Origin: an uncultured Armatimonadetes bacterium
GTDB lineage: Bacteria > Armatimonadota > UBA5829 > DTJY01
Direction: 5' to 3'
DNA: 64,000 nucleotides
Assembly (NCBI GenBank): GCA_963717145.1
Contig: OY970325.1
Coordinates: 2,016,001-2,080,000, forward strand
The translations under genes were made by a program, and so were the position numbers. The notes under the pieces are model-generated. The model was not told the origin of the DNA, searched no databases, and was given only the letters and a program-made list of their open reading frames with translations. Each line of letters begins with the position of its first letter. Position 1 is the stretch's first letter. Positions 31,911 through 45,169 of this stretch are shown piece after piece.

Positions 31911-32885
31911 GTGGATTACCCTGGAGGACTAGCTTTGGTCCCGATGATGGCTGAACGGTACGAGATGATCGGTCTGAGCATCCTGGTCGTCCTGGCGCTT
32001 GTGCCGCCGGGACTGACGCTGCTCACGTTCATCGACTGGCTGAAGTCGCGGCTCACAGGGAGTCGAAGGCGCAAGTGGCTGCCGAGAGTTGCACTCGTCG
32101 CCAACGTGCTGCTCGCCCTGTGCCTCTTCGACGGCTGGTTCATCGAGCCGCACAGGCTGACCGTCACACGCATCACCGATTCCTCGCCGAAGATCGCTCT
32201 CACCACCGGCGACCTCACGATCGTCCACATCTCTGACATCCATTTCGAGCACGACAACCCGCTCGTCCGCAAAGTACTTCTGACGGTTGCGGCCCAGAAG
32301 CCGGACCTGATTGTGCTGACCGGCGACATCCCGCAGCTCGGACCGTTCGACACGGAGCAACTGAGTGAATGGCTCGGGAAACTGAGACGGGTCGCACCGG
32401 TCTACGCCGTGCCGGGTTACTATGAGGATGAGGCGGTGATCGAGGATAGCGCGATCAACGATGGAGTCCTGCTCGCTTCGGAGTTCAAGGAGACGGAGGT
32501 TCGAGGCACGAAGATTGTTCTCCAGGGATTCGGACCAAAGGACCGAATCTCAGCCGCACTCCGTCCTGATACTGACGATGCCCTCTACATCGTGCTCGAC
32601 CACACGCCGGACAGCATTCCGGGCGCCGCTGGGTTGAAGCCGGACTGGTTCTTCTGCGGCCACACTCACGGCGGACAGGTTCGCCTGCCATTCTGGGGAG
32701 CGATCGTTACGGCGTCGTACACCGGCAAGCGGTATGAGTACGGGCGGTATCGCGTCGGCACGATGCAAGCGTTCGTGACCCGTGGGATCGGCCTCGAGCC
32801 GCGCCCTGCCCCACAGGTCCGCTTCCTCTGCCCGCCGGAAATCGTCGTGCTGAAGATCAGCAGGTCAGTAGGCAGTGAACGGTGA
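31911..32885 (+). CDS. Membrane-anchored metallophosphoesterase (YkuE-like)
   Basis: SDIH, TGDI, DHTP, GHTHGGQ; start uncertain. Confidence 0.88.
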   Translation: MDYPGGLALVPMMAERYEMIGLSILVVLALVPPGLTLLTFIDWLKSRLTGSRRRKWLPRVALVANVLLALCLFDGWFIEPHRLTVTRITDSSPKIALTTGDLTIVHISDIHFEHDNPLVRKVLLTVAAQKPDLIVLTGDIPQLGPFDTEQLSEWLGKLRRVAPVYAVPGYYEDEAVIEDSAINDGVLLASEFKETEVRGTKIVLQGFGPKDRISAALRPDTDDALYIVLDHTPDSIPGAAGLKPDWFFCGHTHGGQVRLPFWGAIVTASYTGKRYEYGRYRVGTMQAFVTRGIGLEPRPAPQVRFLCPPEIVVLKISRSVGSER

Positions 32886-32934
32886 ACTGCTTTTCTGACT
32901 GACAACGGTCGAAGTGCCGGAACAAGGAGCAATC

Positions 32935-34092
32935 ATGGCAAAGGTAAGACCAGGTCTCGAGGTGTTGATCGACGAACAGATGGGGCTCGTCCGAGGGAAG
33001 AGGGTCGGCCTCATTACTGACCACAGCGCGGTCACGAGCGACACGACTCATATTCTCGACGCTCTCCTGGGCGCGGGAGTGAATATCACGGCGCTTTTCG
33101 CCCCTGAGCACGGTATTCGAGGCGACATCGCGGATGGCGGCGAGGTGCTCTCCGCGAAGGATGCTCGAACAGGCATCACCGAGCACAGCATCTACGGCGG
33201 ATCGGGGAAACCGACGCCCGAGATGCTGGCGGACGTCGATGCGCTCGTGTACGACCTGCAGGATATCGGCGCGCGATATTACACGTTCACGTCCACCATG
33301 TCGAACTGCATGCAGGCGGCCGCGGAGAATGGCAAGCAGTTCATCGTCCTCGACCGCCCGGACCCCGTGAACGGCACGACCGTTGATGGGCAAGTCCTCG
33401 ACTTGGAGTGCGCGTCGTTCATCGGCCTGCACGCGATCCCCGACCGCCCCGGGATGACCATCGGCGAGTTGGCAACTCTGTTCAACGGCGCGCTGGGATT
33501 CGGCACGGACCTCACTATTGTTAAGTGTAAGGGATGGTCACGCGATATGTGGTGGGATCAGACCGGGCTGCCGTGGGTCGTGCCCTCACCCAATATACCG
33601 ACCGTGGATTCCGCGCTGGCCTTCACGATCACCTGCCTGATCGAAGGGACGAATTGTTCAGAGGGGCGCGGCATAGCGCGGCCGTTCGAGATCGTCGGCG
33701 CGCCGTTCGTCGATCCGTTCAAACTGGCCGACTACCTGAACGCGGTCGGGCTCCCCGGCGTGCGGTTCAGACCGGCGCATTTCATCCCACACACTTCGAA
33801 GCACGAGAAGAAGCCGTGCAAGGGCGTCCACATCCACTTCATGGATCGAGACGCCGTTCAGACCGTCCGCACGGGCCTGCACGTCGTCAAGGGACTCCGC
33901 GACCTGCATCCGAAGGACTTCGAGTTCCTGCCGGTGAATTCGTCGGGGAGGAATCACTTCGCTCACGTGGCGGGCAGCCTGAGGACGCAGCAGGCGCTCG
34001 AAGCAGGCGTCCCGGCGGACGAGATCTATGCCGGGTACCAGGAGGGACTCAAGGAGTTCAGCCAGTTGAGGGAGAAGTACCTCCTCTACTGA
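32935..34092 (+). CDS. DUF1343 protein (NamZ-like exo-beta-N-acetylmuramidase), paralog 1
   Basis: FAPEHG, DLQDIGARYYTF, LDRPDP, PSPNIP, EGTNCSEGRG. Confidence 0.9.
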   Translation: MAKVRPGLEVLIDEQMGLVRGKRVGLITDHSAVTSDTTHILDALLGAGVNITALFAPEHGIRGDIADGGEVLSAKDARTGITEHSIYGGSGKPTPEMLADVDALVYDLQDIGARYYTFTSTMSNCMQAAAENGKQFIVLDRPDPVNGTTVDGQVLDLECASFIGLHAIPDRPGMTIGELATLFNGALGFGTDLTIVKCKGWSRDMWWDQTGLPWVVPSPNIPTVDSALAFTITCLIEGTNCSEGRGIARPFEIVGAPFVDPFKLADYLNAVGLPGVRFRPAHFIPHTSKHEKKPCKGVHIHFMDRDAVQTVRTGLHVVKGLRDLHPKDFEFLPVNSSGRNHFAHVAGSLRTQQALEAGVPADEIYAGYQEGLKEFSQLREKYLLY

Positions 34093-34096
34093 TGCC

Positions 34097-35572
34097 GTAA
34101 CAGTTCAGGCTTGTGGATCATTTTGCGAGAGCAGTGAGAGTTTTTCCGACATTGTCGGCTTGCAATAGGAAGGACCCTTGGCCGGGCGGGTGGAACATGC
34201 CTGTGTGGAAGAGTTCGACGGTCTGACAAGAGAAGAATTGGTGGGCATTGTCCTGGAGCAGCGGGAGATGATCCAGCGTCTCGTCAAGGAACTGGAGGAT
34301 CTCAAGGCAAAGCTCTCGGGTGGCGGCAGTTCCACCCCCATACCTGACTGGGTCAAGCCGAACCGCAAAGAGCGCCGGGCAGCCGAACGAAAGAAGCGCC
34401 AGAAGTCGTTCGTTCGCAGGCGGGAGACCCCCACCCGTGTAGTCGAGCATGCGCACTCGAAGTGTCCGGACTGCGGTCGGGCACTCACGGAGGGCACGGT
34501 AAAGAGAGTCCGCCAGGTTATTGATATACCGATCGTGCCTGTGGACATAGTCGAGCACAGATTCATCGCCAGAAGATGCGGATACTGTGGCAAGGCGCAT
34601 GTGCCGAAGGTTGACCTGTCGAGCCAGGTTGTAGGCAAGCATCGAGTAGGCGTGAACCTGATGAGCCTGATATCGTATCTTTCGACAGTAGGCCGTATGA
34701 CAAAGCGAACGATACAGGGGTTGCTGAAGGCTCTGTATCGTCTTCATCTCTCTGTGGGAGAGATAAGCGAGATATTGCACACGGTGGCAGGCTGTGGCAG
34801 AGGCGAGATGAAGGGACTTCTATCGCTTGTACGCGGAAGTCCATACATAAACGCAGACGAGACGGGCTGGAGAGAGGACGGGCTCAACGGATACATCTGG
34901 ACCTTCTCCACTAAGAACGTGCGATACTTCATCTACCGGCGGAGTCGGAGCGGAGAGATACCTAAGGAAACGATAGGCGGCGACTACGAAGGGGTGGTGG
35001 TAACGGATTGCTACGCCGGATACAACCCCGTAGTTGCAGACCGTCAGATATGCTGGGCACATCTGGCCAGGGAACTGCACAAACTGAAGGAGAAGAACGC
35101 CGATAACCCGGACGTCATATCATGGGCGGATGCGGTGAAGGGTGTTTACGATCAGGCAAAGAAGTTCCGGAGCAAGAAGGCGGAGGTTCGCAAGTGGAAG
35201 CGAGTGCTCTTCGAGGAAGAGGTAGAGACGCTCTCAGGTCCGTATGTCGGCTTAGAGGTTCCACAGCAGGTGCTGGCAAAGAGATTGACGGATCGCTTGC
35301 ATGAGTTGTTCATGTTCGTAGAGTACCCGGAAGTACCGTCGGACAACAATGGCGCAGAACGAGCGCTGAGGCCGTGTGTGATCGCCCGCAAGGTATGCGG
35401 AGGCACACGAAGCGCGAAGGGTTCCGAGACAAAGATGACGCTCATGAGTCTGTTTGGCACATGGCACGTCCGAGGGCTGGACATGCTCGAGTCCTGCAGG
35501 CAACTGCTCGCAGGCAAGTCTGTCCTCTTCCCCGCCTGATCAAACTCGTTATCCCCAAGCGTGAACTGTTAC
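34097..35572 (+). mobile_element. IS66-family insertion sequence, single-ORF (ISBst12-like) organisation
   Basis: TIRs GTAACAGTTCAGGCTTGTGGAT / GTAACAGTTCACGCTTGGGGAT; 8-bp target duplication CTGATGCC at 34089-34096 and 35573-35580. Confidence 0.95.
34178..35539 (+). CDS. IS66 DDE transposase
   Basis: Zinc finger CPDCG...CGYCG, ADETGW, TDCYAGY, QICWAHL.R, NNGAERALR. Confidence 0.95.
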   Translation: MAGRVEHACVEEFDGLTREELVGIVLEQREMIQRLVKELEDLKAKLSGGGSSTPIPDWVKPNRKERRAAERKKRQKSFVRRRETPTRVVEHAHSKCPDCGRALTEGTVKRVRQVIDIPIVPVDIVEHRFIARRCGYCGKAHVPKVDLSSQVVGKHRVGVNLMSLISYLSTVGRMTKRTIQGLLKALYRLHLSVGEISEILHTVAGCGRGEMKGLLSLVRGSPYINADETGWREDGLNGYIWTFSTKNVRYFIYRRSRSGEIPKETIGGDYEGVVVTDCYAGYNPVVADRQICWAHLARELHKLKEKNADNPDVISWADAVKGVYDQAKKFRSKKAEVRKWKRVLFEEEVETLSGPYVGLEVPQQVLAKRLTDRLHELFMFVEYPEVPSDNNGAERALRPCVIARKVCGGTRSAKGSETKMTLMSLFGTWHVRGLDMLESCRQLLAGKSVLFPA

Positions 35573-35640
35573 CTGATGCCTTGCCCACAGATAGACGAAG
35601 TGCTAGAATGCACGCGAGACATGGGGCGGAAGAGAAGGAG

Positions 35641-35716
35641 TGGTGGAGCAGGGGGGATTCGAACCCCCGACCTCATCCGTGCGAGGGATGCGCTCTCCCA
35701 ACTGAGCCACTGCCCC
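35641..35716 (-). tRNA. tRNA-Ala (CGC)
   Basis: GGGGCAGTGGCTCAGTTGGGAGAGCGCATCCCTCGCACGGATGAGGTCGGGGGTTCGAATCCCCCCTGCTCCACCA; G3:U70 pair. Confidence 0.96.
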
Positions 35717-35727
35717 ACTCGGACTGG

Positions 35728-35757
35728 ATTATATCAGGTTTTCAGTTTGGAAGTCAA
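35728..35757 (-). promoter_or_regulatory. Sigma70 promoter of tRNA-Ala
   Basis: TTGACT-18nt-TATAAT. Confidence 0.7.
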
Positions 35758-35768
35758 GGGTGAAACCC

Positions 35769-35835
35769 CGTAGTGGCCGTGCCTCTGTGCCGGCCAACGA
35801 CCGGGGGTGGCCGGCACAGAGGCACGGCCACTACG
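35769..35835. repeat. GTAG-type REP doublet, second copy of the 28729 family
   Basis: CGTAGTGGCCGTGCCTCTGTGCCGGCCA...TGGCCGGCACAGAGGCACGGCCACTACG. Confidence 0.85.
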
Positions 35836-35855
35836 GCGAGAATGAGAGGTAAATC

Positions 35856-37015
35856 GTGCCAAAAGTCAAACCCGGACTCGAGATCCTGCTCGAACAGAAG
35901 ATGGAGATCGTTCGCGGCCAACGCGTCGGCATCGTGACGAATCACAGCGCCGTGACCACCGACCTCGCCCACATTGTGGACGTCCTGATTGCGTCAGGGG
36001 TCAACGTCCGCGCATTGTACGGCCCGGAGCACGGCGTCCGTGGCGATGTTGCGGACGGCAAAGAGGTCCCGTCCGGTAAGGACCCGCATACCGGCGTCCC
36101 GGTATACAGCCTCTATGGCCCGACCAAGAAGCCGACCGCCGAAATGCTCGCTGACGTGGATGTGCTTCTGTTCGACATCCAGGACCTCGGGGCGCGGTTC
36201 TACACATACCTGTACACGATGTCCTACTGCCTCCAGGCCTGCGCTCAGTATGGCAAGAAGTTCGTGGTGCTCGATAGGCCCAATCCGGTCAACGGCCTGG
36301 CGGTCGAGGGCAACATCCTCGACAAGGGTTTCGCCTCATTCGTGGGGCTGCATCCGATCCCGATCAGACACGGGTTCACGGTCGGCGAGGCGGCTCAGTA
36401 CTTCAACTCCGAACTCGGCTTCCACGCCGATATGGAGGTCGTCCCGTGCCAGGGATGGAAGCGCTCGATGTATTTCGACGACACCGGCCTCCCGTGGATC
36501 ATGCCGTCGCCGAACATGCCGACAATCGAGGCGTCGATCCTGTACACCGGGCTCTGCTTCATCGAGGGGACGAACATCTCCGAGGCGCGCGGCACGAGCA
36601 AGCCGTTCGAGATGGTCGGGCGCCGTTCATCGACGCGTACAAGCTGGGCGACCACATGAATGCGCTCGAGTTGCCCGGCGTGCGATGGAGGCCGACGAGC
36701 TTCTTCCCGACTTCCTCCAAGCACAGAGACGCGCACTGCTTCGGCGTCCAGGCGCATCTGACGGACCGCAACAAGGTGCAGACGGTCACTCTCGGCCTGC
36801 ATCTGATCAAGGCACTGCACGATCTGTTCCCGAATGACTTCCAGTTCCGCGCGTCGGGACCTTCGGGGAAGAGCTACTTCGACCTGCTTCTGGGGACGGA
36901 CAAAGTGCGGGCGGCGATCGAGGCGGGCACGTCGGTTCCGCAGATCGTTTACTCCTGGCAGGAGGATCTGTCGGAGTTTACGAGGAAGCGCCAAGGGCAT
37001 CTGCTGTACATTTGA
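35856..37015 (+). CDS. DUF1343 (NamZ-like) paralog 2, apparent frameshift near 36620
   Basis: Same motifs as paralog 1; ...PFEMVG continues as APFIDAYKL...LLYI in ORF 36446..37015. Confidence 0.88.
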
Positions 37016-37018
37016 TCC

Positions 37019-37210
37019 CTCGTACTCCTACTCGTACTCGTACTCGTGATGCACCGATCGGGCGAAGCATTGGCGATTGTTGGCCGCACATCTCAGCAGT
37101 CCGATGGGCCAATGCTTCGCCCCTACGACATCGGTGTCGAGATTGTCGGCAACACATCTCGGCAGTCCGATGGGGGCCAATGTTTCGCCCCTACGACATA
37201 GATGTCGAGA
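37019..37210. repeat. (CTCGTA)n tract plus two tandem ~68-bp REP units
   Basis: CTCGTACTCCTACTCGTACTCGTACTCGT, then GATTGT...CAGTCCGATGGG..CCAATG.TTCGCCCCTACGACAT..TGTCGA twice. Confidence 0.82.
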
Positions 37211-37317
37211 CGTGAAAAAGGGCGCGGATCCCGCCTTCCCCCGAACCCAGAAAATCTGAGCTGCGGAACCCACACCCTCTATCACATTAGACGCAGACAA
37301 TCCCAGGATTGTTCACA

Positions 37318-38031
37318 CTATCCGGCAAGCTCATCGAGAATCCGCTGGGCGGCGGCGACTCTGTCCTCAGCGCCGGTGATCGCACGGCCGATGACCATGT
37401 AGTCCGCCCCACATGATGCCGCTTCCGATGGAGTCATGATTCGCTTCTGGTCGTTCGCCGCGGCCCATGTCGGCCGCACTCCGGGTGTCACTACAACGAA
37501 ATTCGGTCCGCAGGCCGACTTGATCGGGACGATCTCGTGTGGCGAACAGACGACCCCGTTCAGGCCGGCATTCTGCGCCAGTCGGGCGAGACGCGTGACC
37601 TGTCCCTCCATGATGATGGGGACGCCCAGTTCGGCGTGGAGCATGTGCTCGCTGATGCTGGTGAGGATCGTGACGCCGATGACGAGCGGTGTCTCGATTC
37701 CCTGCTTGCCGGCTTCCTCGGATGCTGCTTCGTGCGCCGCCCTCATCATCGCCGAGCCGCCGGTCGCGTGGACGTTGAACATCCAGACGCCCATGCGGAC
37801 AGCCGCCCGCGCCGCGCCCGCGACGGTGTTCGGGATATCGTGGAACTTGCCGTCATAGAATATCCGCTCAGCGCCGGCCTCGCGGAGCGCCTCGAAGATG
37901 CGCGGACCGGTCGAGGTAAACAGCTCCATGCCGACCTTGAACCCGCCAACGTGATCGTTCAGCTCTCTGACCAGCTCAACCGCCTGCCCCTCGCTCGATA
38001 CATCGAGCGCCAGAATGATCTTGTCCTTCAC
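37318..38031 (-). CDS. pyrF: Orotidine-5'-phosphate decarboxylase
   Basis: ILALD, KVG, DGKFHDIPNTV, VTPGVRP, DQKR, GRAI. Confidence 0.96.
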   Translation of the reverse strand: MKDKIILALDVSSEGQAVELVRELNDHVGGFKVGMELFTSTGPRIFEALREAGAERIFYDGKFHDIPNTVAGAARAAVRMGVWMFNVHATGGSAMMRAAHEAASEEAGKQGIETPLVIGVTILTSISEHMLHAELGVPIIMEGQVTRLARLAQNAGLNGVVCSPHEIVPIKSACGPNFVVVTPGVRPTWAAANDQKRIMTPSEAASCGADYMVIGRAITGAEDRVAAAQRILDELAG

Positions 38032-38049
38032 GTCACCCTCCTTCGTTGG

Positions 38050-38127
38050 AACACAGAAACACAGAACGGAAGCGGAGCACACAGAAGAGAATTCTGTGGT
38101 TTCTGTGCACCTCCGTGCTTCTGTGTT
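38050..38127. repeat. Degenerate CACAGA/TCTGTG periodic inverted repeat
   Basis: ACACAGAAACACAGAA...CACAGAA versus TTCTGTGGTTTCTGTG...CTCCGTGCTTCTGTGT, roughly 9-nt period. Confidence 0.55.
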
Positions 38128-39040
38128 CTAAGTCCTTACCGCTCCGACTATCTCGCTGATGTGACTGAACCCGTGGCGGTCGAGGTAGGCCTCCAGGCCG
38201 TCGATGATCTCCATCGTGCAGTTCGGGTTCAGCGAAATTCGCCGTGCCGACCTGGACCGCATGTGCGCCCGCGAGCAGGAACTCGACCACGTCGTCCGCT
38301 GTCATTATTCCCCCGATGCCGATAACCGGAACCCCGACTGCCTGCGCCACCTGCCAGACCATCCGGAGCGCGACCGGCTTGATCGCAGGTCCGGACAGCC
38401 CGCCGGTGACGTTCGCGAGCCTGAACCTGCGCGTCTCAGGATCGATCGCCGTCCCGAGCAGCGTGTTGATCAACGAGACAGCATCAGCGCCGGAGTCGAC
38501 GCAGACCCTCGCCATCTGGAGGATGTCCGTCACGTTTGGGGAGAGCTTCGGGATCAGGGGAAGCTTCGTCGCCTTCCGGACCGCGCTGATGACCGTGCCG
38601 AGCATCTCGCAATCAGTGCCGAACGCGATGCCGCCCTCCTTGACATTCGGGCAGGAGACATTGATCTCCAAGCCGTCGACGCCCTCCACGCCATCGAGCC
38701 GCCGGGCAACCTCGGCGTATTCGTCGACGGTCTTGCCAACGATGTTGACGATGACCGCCGTGTCGAACTGCCGCAGCCAGGGGATCTTGTCGTTGATGAG
38801 GCTCTCGATCCCGTCGTTCTGGAGGCCGATGGCGTTGAGCATCCCGGCGGGCGTCTCGGCGATCCGGTCGGGCGGATTCCCGGGCCAGGGATCGATCGAC
38901 GTGCCCTTGGTCACGATCGCCCCGAGCCGGTTGAGATCGACCAGGCCCTCGTACTCCTTGCCGTAGCCGAACGTCCCGGACGCGACCATGACCGGGTTTT
39001 TCATATCTATCCCGGCAATTGTGGTGGCCAGTTTGCCCAT
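38128..39040 (-). CDS. pyrD: Dihydroorotate dehydrogenase 1B catalytic subunit, apparent extra base near 38232
   Basis: [34 protein letters not shown]; the corrected C-terminus [12 protein letters not shown]...VRT ends at TAG 38128. Confidence 0.94.
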
Positions 39041-39042
39041 TG

Positions 39043-39357
39043 CTAGAGGTCACTCTCTCCCTGTTCCCCAAGAAAGTCCCGCAGGTCTCGGGCAGTTCGG
39101 ATTATCGGCTCATCAAGCCTCTTGCGCAATTCCGGGTCGATCTCGCCCTCTGCGTAACCCGTCGCCATACCAGTCCTAGTGTTCACTACCCAGGAGTTGG
39201 TCCAAATCCGCTCACCTAGCAACCGTCCGATGCCGCGAGCGACGCCCCCTACTACGCCTGCAACTGCAGCAAAAGTTGCCCTTTGCTTGTGCTTCTGTAG
39301 CAGTTTCGCGATGCGCCGGGCCCTCTCACTTCGATCGCACGGATTCGGCTTATTCAT
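39043..39357 (-). CDS. Hypothetical protein resembling the MGMT/ATL DNA-binding fold
   Basis: [18 protein letters not shown]...SWVV resembles TYG.IA...ARAVG...HRVV, without the PCHR cysteine; RBS GGAGG. Confidence 0.5.
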   Translation of the reverse strand: MNKPNPCDRSERARRIAKLLQKHKQRATFAAVAGVVGGVARGIGRLLGERIWTNSWVVNTRTGMATGYAEGEIDPELRKRLDEPIIRTARDLRDFLGEQGESDL

Positions 39358-40182
39358 CGCAAGTCGCCTCCCTTCGTGGCAACAACCTTTGTCTAGTCCC
39401 AGATCACTTCCCGCGCATCGAAAACCGGGCCTTCGGCGCACGATCGGACGTACTTGAACGAGTCGCCGTCGCGGACCTTGATAACGCAGCTCAGGCATGC
39501 GCCCACACCGCAGGCCATCTTCGCCTCGACGGAGACCTGGCACTCACAGACATGCTCCCGTGCGAGCTTCGACACGGCCTTGAGCATCGGAGTCGGTCCG
39601 CAGGCGTAGACGATCGGCGGCACGCAGAACTCCTGGCCGTCAAGGCACTCAAACATCCTGTCGGTCACGAACCCATGGAAACCCGCGCTGCCGTCATCCG
39701 TGCAGGCATGGTAGTCATGACAGTGCTTCTCGAACTCCTGTCGAAATAAGATCAGGTCCGCCGTGCGAGCACCCGCGATGAAGGTCACGCGGTCGGAGCC
39801 AAAGCGCTCTTCCAGCTTGCGGCCCAGGAAGTAGAGAGGTACGGCCCCGATGCCGCCACCTACCAGGAGAAATGGTCTGGAATCGTCCGTCTCGGGGATC
39901 CTGAACCCCTGGCCGAGCGGGCCGAGGACATCGATGAGTTCCCCCGGTTTCCTCTCGGAGAGCGCCTTCGTGCCTCGCCCTCGGACCTCATACACGATAA
40001 CGATCTTGCCTGATTCGGGGTCGGTATGATGTATGCTGAACGGCCGCCGAAGCAGAGGGTCGTATCCGCTGGGAGTGCAGAGAACGTGCACGAACTGCCC
40101 CGGCGAAGCAAGGCAAACGATCTCCGGAGCATCGAGCACAAGCTGGTGAATCCCTGGGCCGCGCTCCGCGTGCTCCAAAACC

Positions 40183-43588
<3,406 letters not shown>

Positions 43589-43599
43589 AATCCCTCGTT

Positions 43600-44487
43600 C
43601 TAGAGTCGCTTCCGAAGCATAACTTCCATGATCTCGCCGGGCACCAACCGCCCGAGTGTCTTTGAAAACAAAAGGTTCAACTTGAAAACTGCGGTCTTGA
43701 GTCCGCCGCCCGAGCCTCCGCCGGTCGCCTGCCCGCTCTTCTGGACCGTATATCTTACGTTCTGCACCAGGAAGAGGAATGGCAGATACGTGATCTTCTC
43801 TACTATCAGCCCGGCTCTCTCCGCTGCCCGGCGAATCGATCGCATATCGAAATGGTACAGATGCACGGGCAGGCACCATGGGTACCAGTTCGCCCCGAAT
43901 ATGCGCCTCTCGATGCACCGACAGTTCGGCAGCGAAATGAGAGCCGCACCGCCTGGTTTGAGCAGATCGCGCACTCTTTCCAGCAGTGCGACCGGATCGT
44001 CCACATGCTCGATCAGGTGCGACATCAGGACTGCGTCGAATGACTCCTTGTCCGCGTCCAGGCTTGACAGGTCGCCGGTGATGACGTTCAGGCCTCTCTC
44101 TTCCCGCGCAACCCGAGAGCTTTCCTCTCCCAACTCGACCCCAAAGACCTCGAATCCGCGGTCCCTCATCATCTCCAGAAAGAGGCCCTGACCGCAGCCG
44201 ATATCGAGCACGCGCTTCCCTGATCCGGGCCCGATCGCTCTTTCGAGGCGGTCGGCCAGGCGACTCTGATACATTCTGATGCGGGCCGCCTTACCTGAAT
44301 CAGCCCTCTCGTCGGGCTCGTAGTACTTCGCTCTCTCCTCTTCCGGGATCAGCGGCTCTGTTACACAGAGACCGCATTCCGTGCACCGCATCACCCTGAA
44401 CTCGCCCGGTAGACCCCGCATCCGGTCCGGGCCGGCGATCACCAGTTCATAGGACTCGCCATCGCATAAGATGCAGGGAGTCTTCAT
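43600..44487 (-). CDS. Class I SAM-dependent methyltransferase with N-terminal CxxC...CxxC
   Basis: [31 protein letters not shown]. Confidence 0.88.
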   Translation of the reverse strand: MKTPCILCDGESYELVIAGPDRMRGLPGEFRVMRCTECGLCVTEPLIPEEERAKYYEPDERADSGKAARIRMYQSRLADRLERAIGPGSGKRVLDIGCGQGLFLEMMRDRGFEVFGVELGEESSRVAREERGLNVITGDLSSLDADKESFDAVLMSHLIEHVDDPVALLERVRDLLKPGGAALISLPNCRCIERRIFGANWYPWCLPVHLYHFDMRSIRRAAERAGLIVEKITYLPFLFLVQNVRYTVQKSGQATGGGSGGGLKTAVFKLNLLFSKTLGRLVPGEIMEVMLRKRL

Positions 44488-44490
44488 CGA

Positions 44491-44736
44491 TCAAGCCGCA
44501 CGCATGGCCTCAATCTCATTCGGCGTATATGCGAGCAATATGCCGATCTGCTGGGCATCCTCGCCAAGTTCCTCGCGCAACACAGATCGGATCTTGGTCT
44601 GGCGATCAACGTGATCCACATCTTCAAATCCAGCCCAGATAACGGAGCCGGACATCCGGCCGCCCGACGGCGGGTCGATCTCGACTTCCATTCCTGGAAA
44701 TGCGATCTTAAGGATGCTCTTCACTCTCTCTTCCAT
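44491..44736 (-). CDS. Small hypothetical protein (BolA-like or degenerate MNT-like)
   Basis: 81 aa, VIWAGFEDVDHVDRQ...LAYTPNE; start overlaps the upstream HEPN gene end with RBS GGAG. Confidence 0.65.
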   Translation of the reverse strand: MEERVKSILKIAFPGMEVEIDPPSGGRMSGSVIWAGFEDVDHVDRQTKIRSVLREELGEDAQQIGILLAYTPNEIEAMRAA

Positions 44737-45164
44737 TCTTGCTCTCCTTGGTTGATGATCTCATGAGCGTGGCCCAGAACTCTGCGGGCAAGATTCCGCC
44801 ACCGCTCGCCCGGGACTCTGAACTCAGCTTTGATCCCACTCAGATAGTCAAGTAGCTGACGTTCGGAGTAGTAGCGATGATTGCTGCGCCACCTTGTGTT
44901 CATTAAGACGAACAGAGCCGAGAAGCGGCCCAACTGCCCACTTGGAACCGCATCGTAGTACCCCGACTCCTTTGCCAATTGCTGCAAGTCGTGCCGCGAC
45001 TCGAAGTCTCTTCTCCGCCTCAGAAGCCAACCTCTCAGGTGGCACTCGACCGCAAGCCCCGAAAGATAGTGCGTCAGGTAATATGATCTGCCATCAAACA
45101 GATCTTGGGCTCTGGCCAAGTGCTCCTTAGCTGCTGCGCGATATGTTTCTTCCGTGCAGAACAT
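44721..45164 (-). CDS. HEPN-like domain protein
   Basis: A..LF....Y....YLSGLAVECHLR...HDL..L...W...RY; ATG at 45164 just after the carA stop. Confidence 0.75.
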   Translation of the reverse strand: MFCTEETYRAAAKEHLARAQDLFDGRSYYLTHYLSGLAVECHLRGWLLRRRRDFESRHDLQQLAKESGYYDAVPSGQLGRFSALFVLMNTRWRSNHRYYSERQLLDYLSGIKAEFRVPGERWRNLARRVLGHAHEIINQGEQEWKRE

Positions 45165-45169
45165 AGCAG

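Noticed and set aside
35573..35716. Genomic island integrated at tRNA-Ala
   Set aside because: No integrase and no duplicated tRNA 3' end were found; the adjacent element is a self-contained IS66 with its own target duplication.
37019..37210. CRISPR array
   Set aside because: Only two long degenerate tandem units without unique spacers. They match a REP family also found at 26588, and no cas operon is present.
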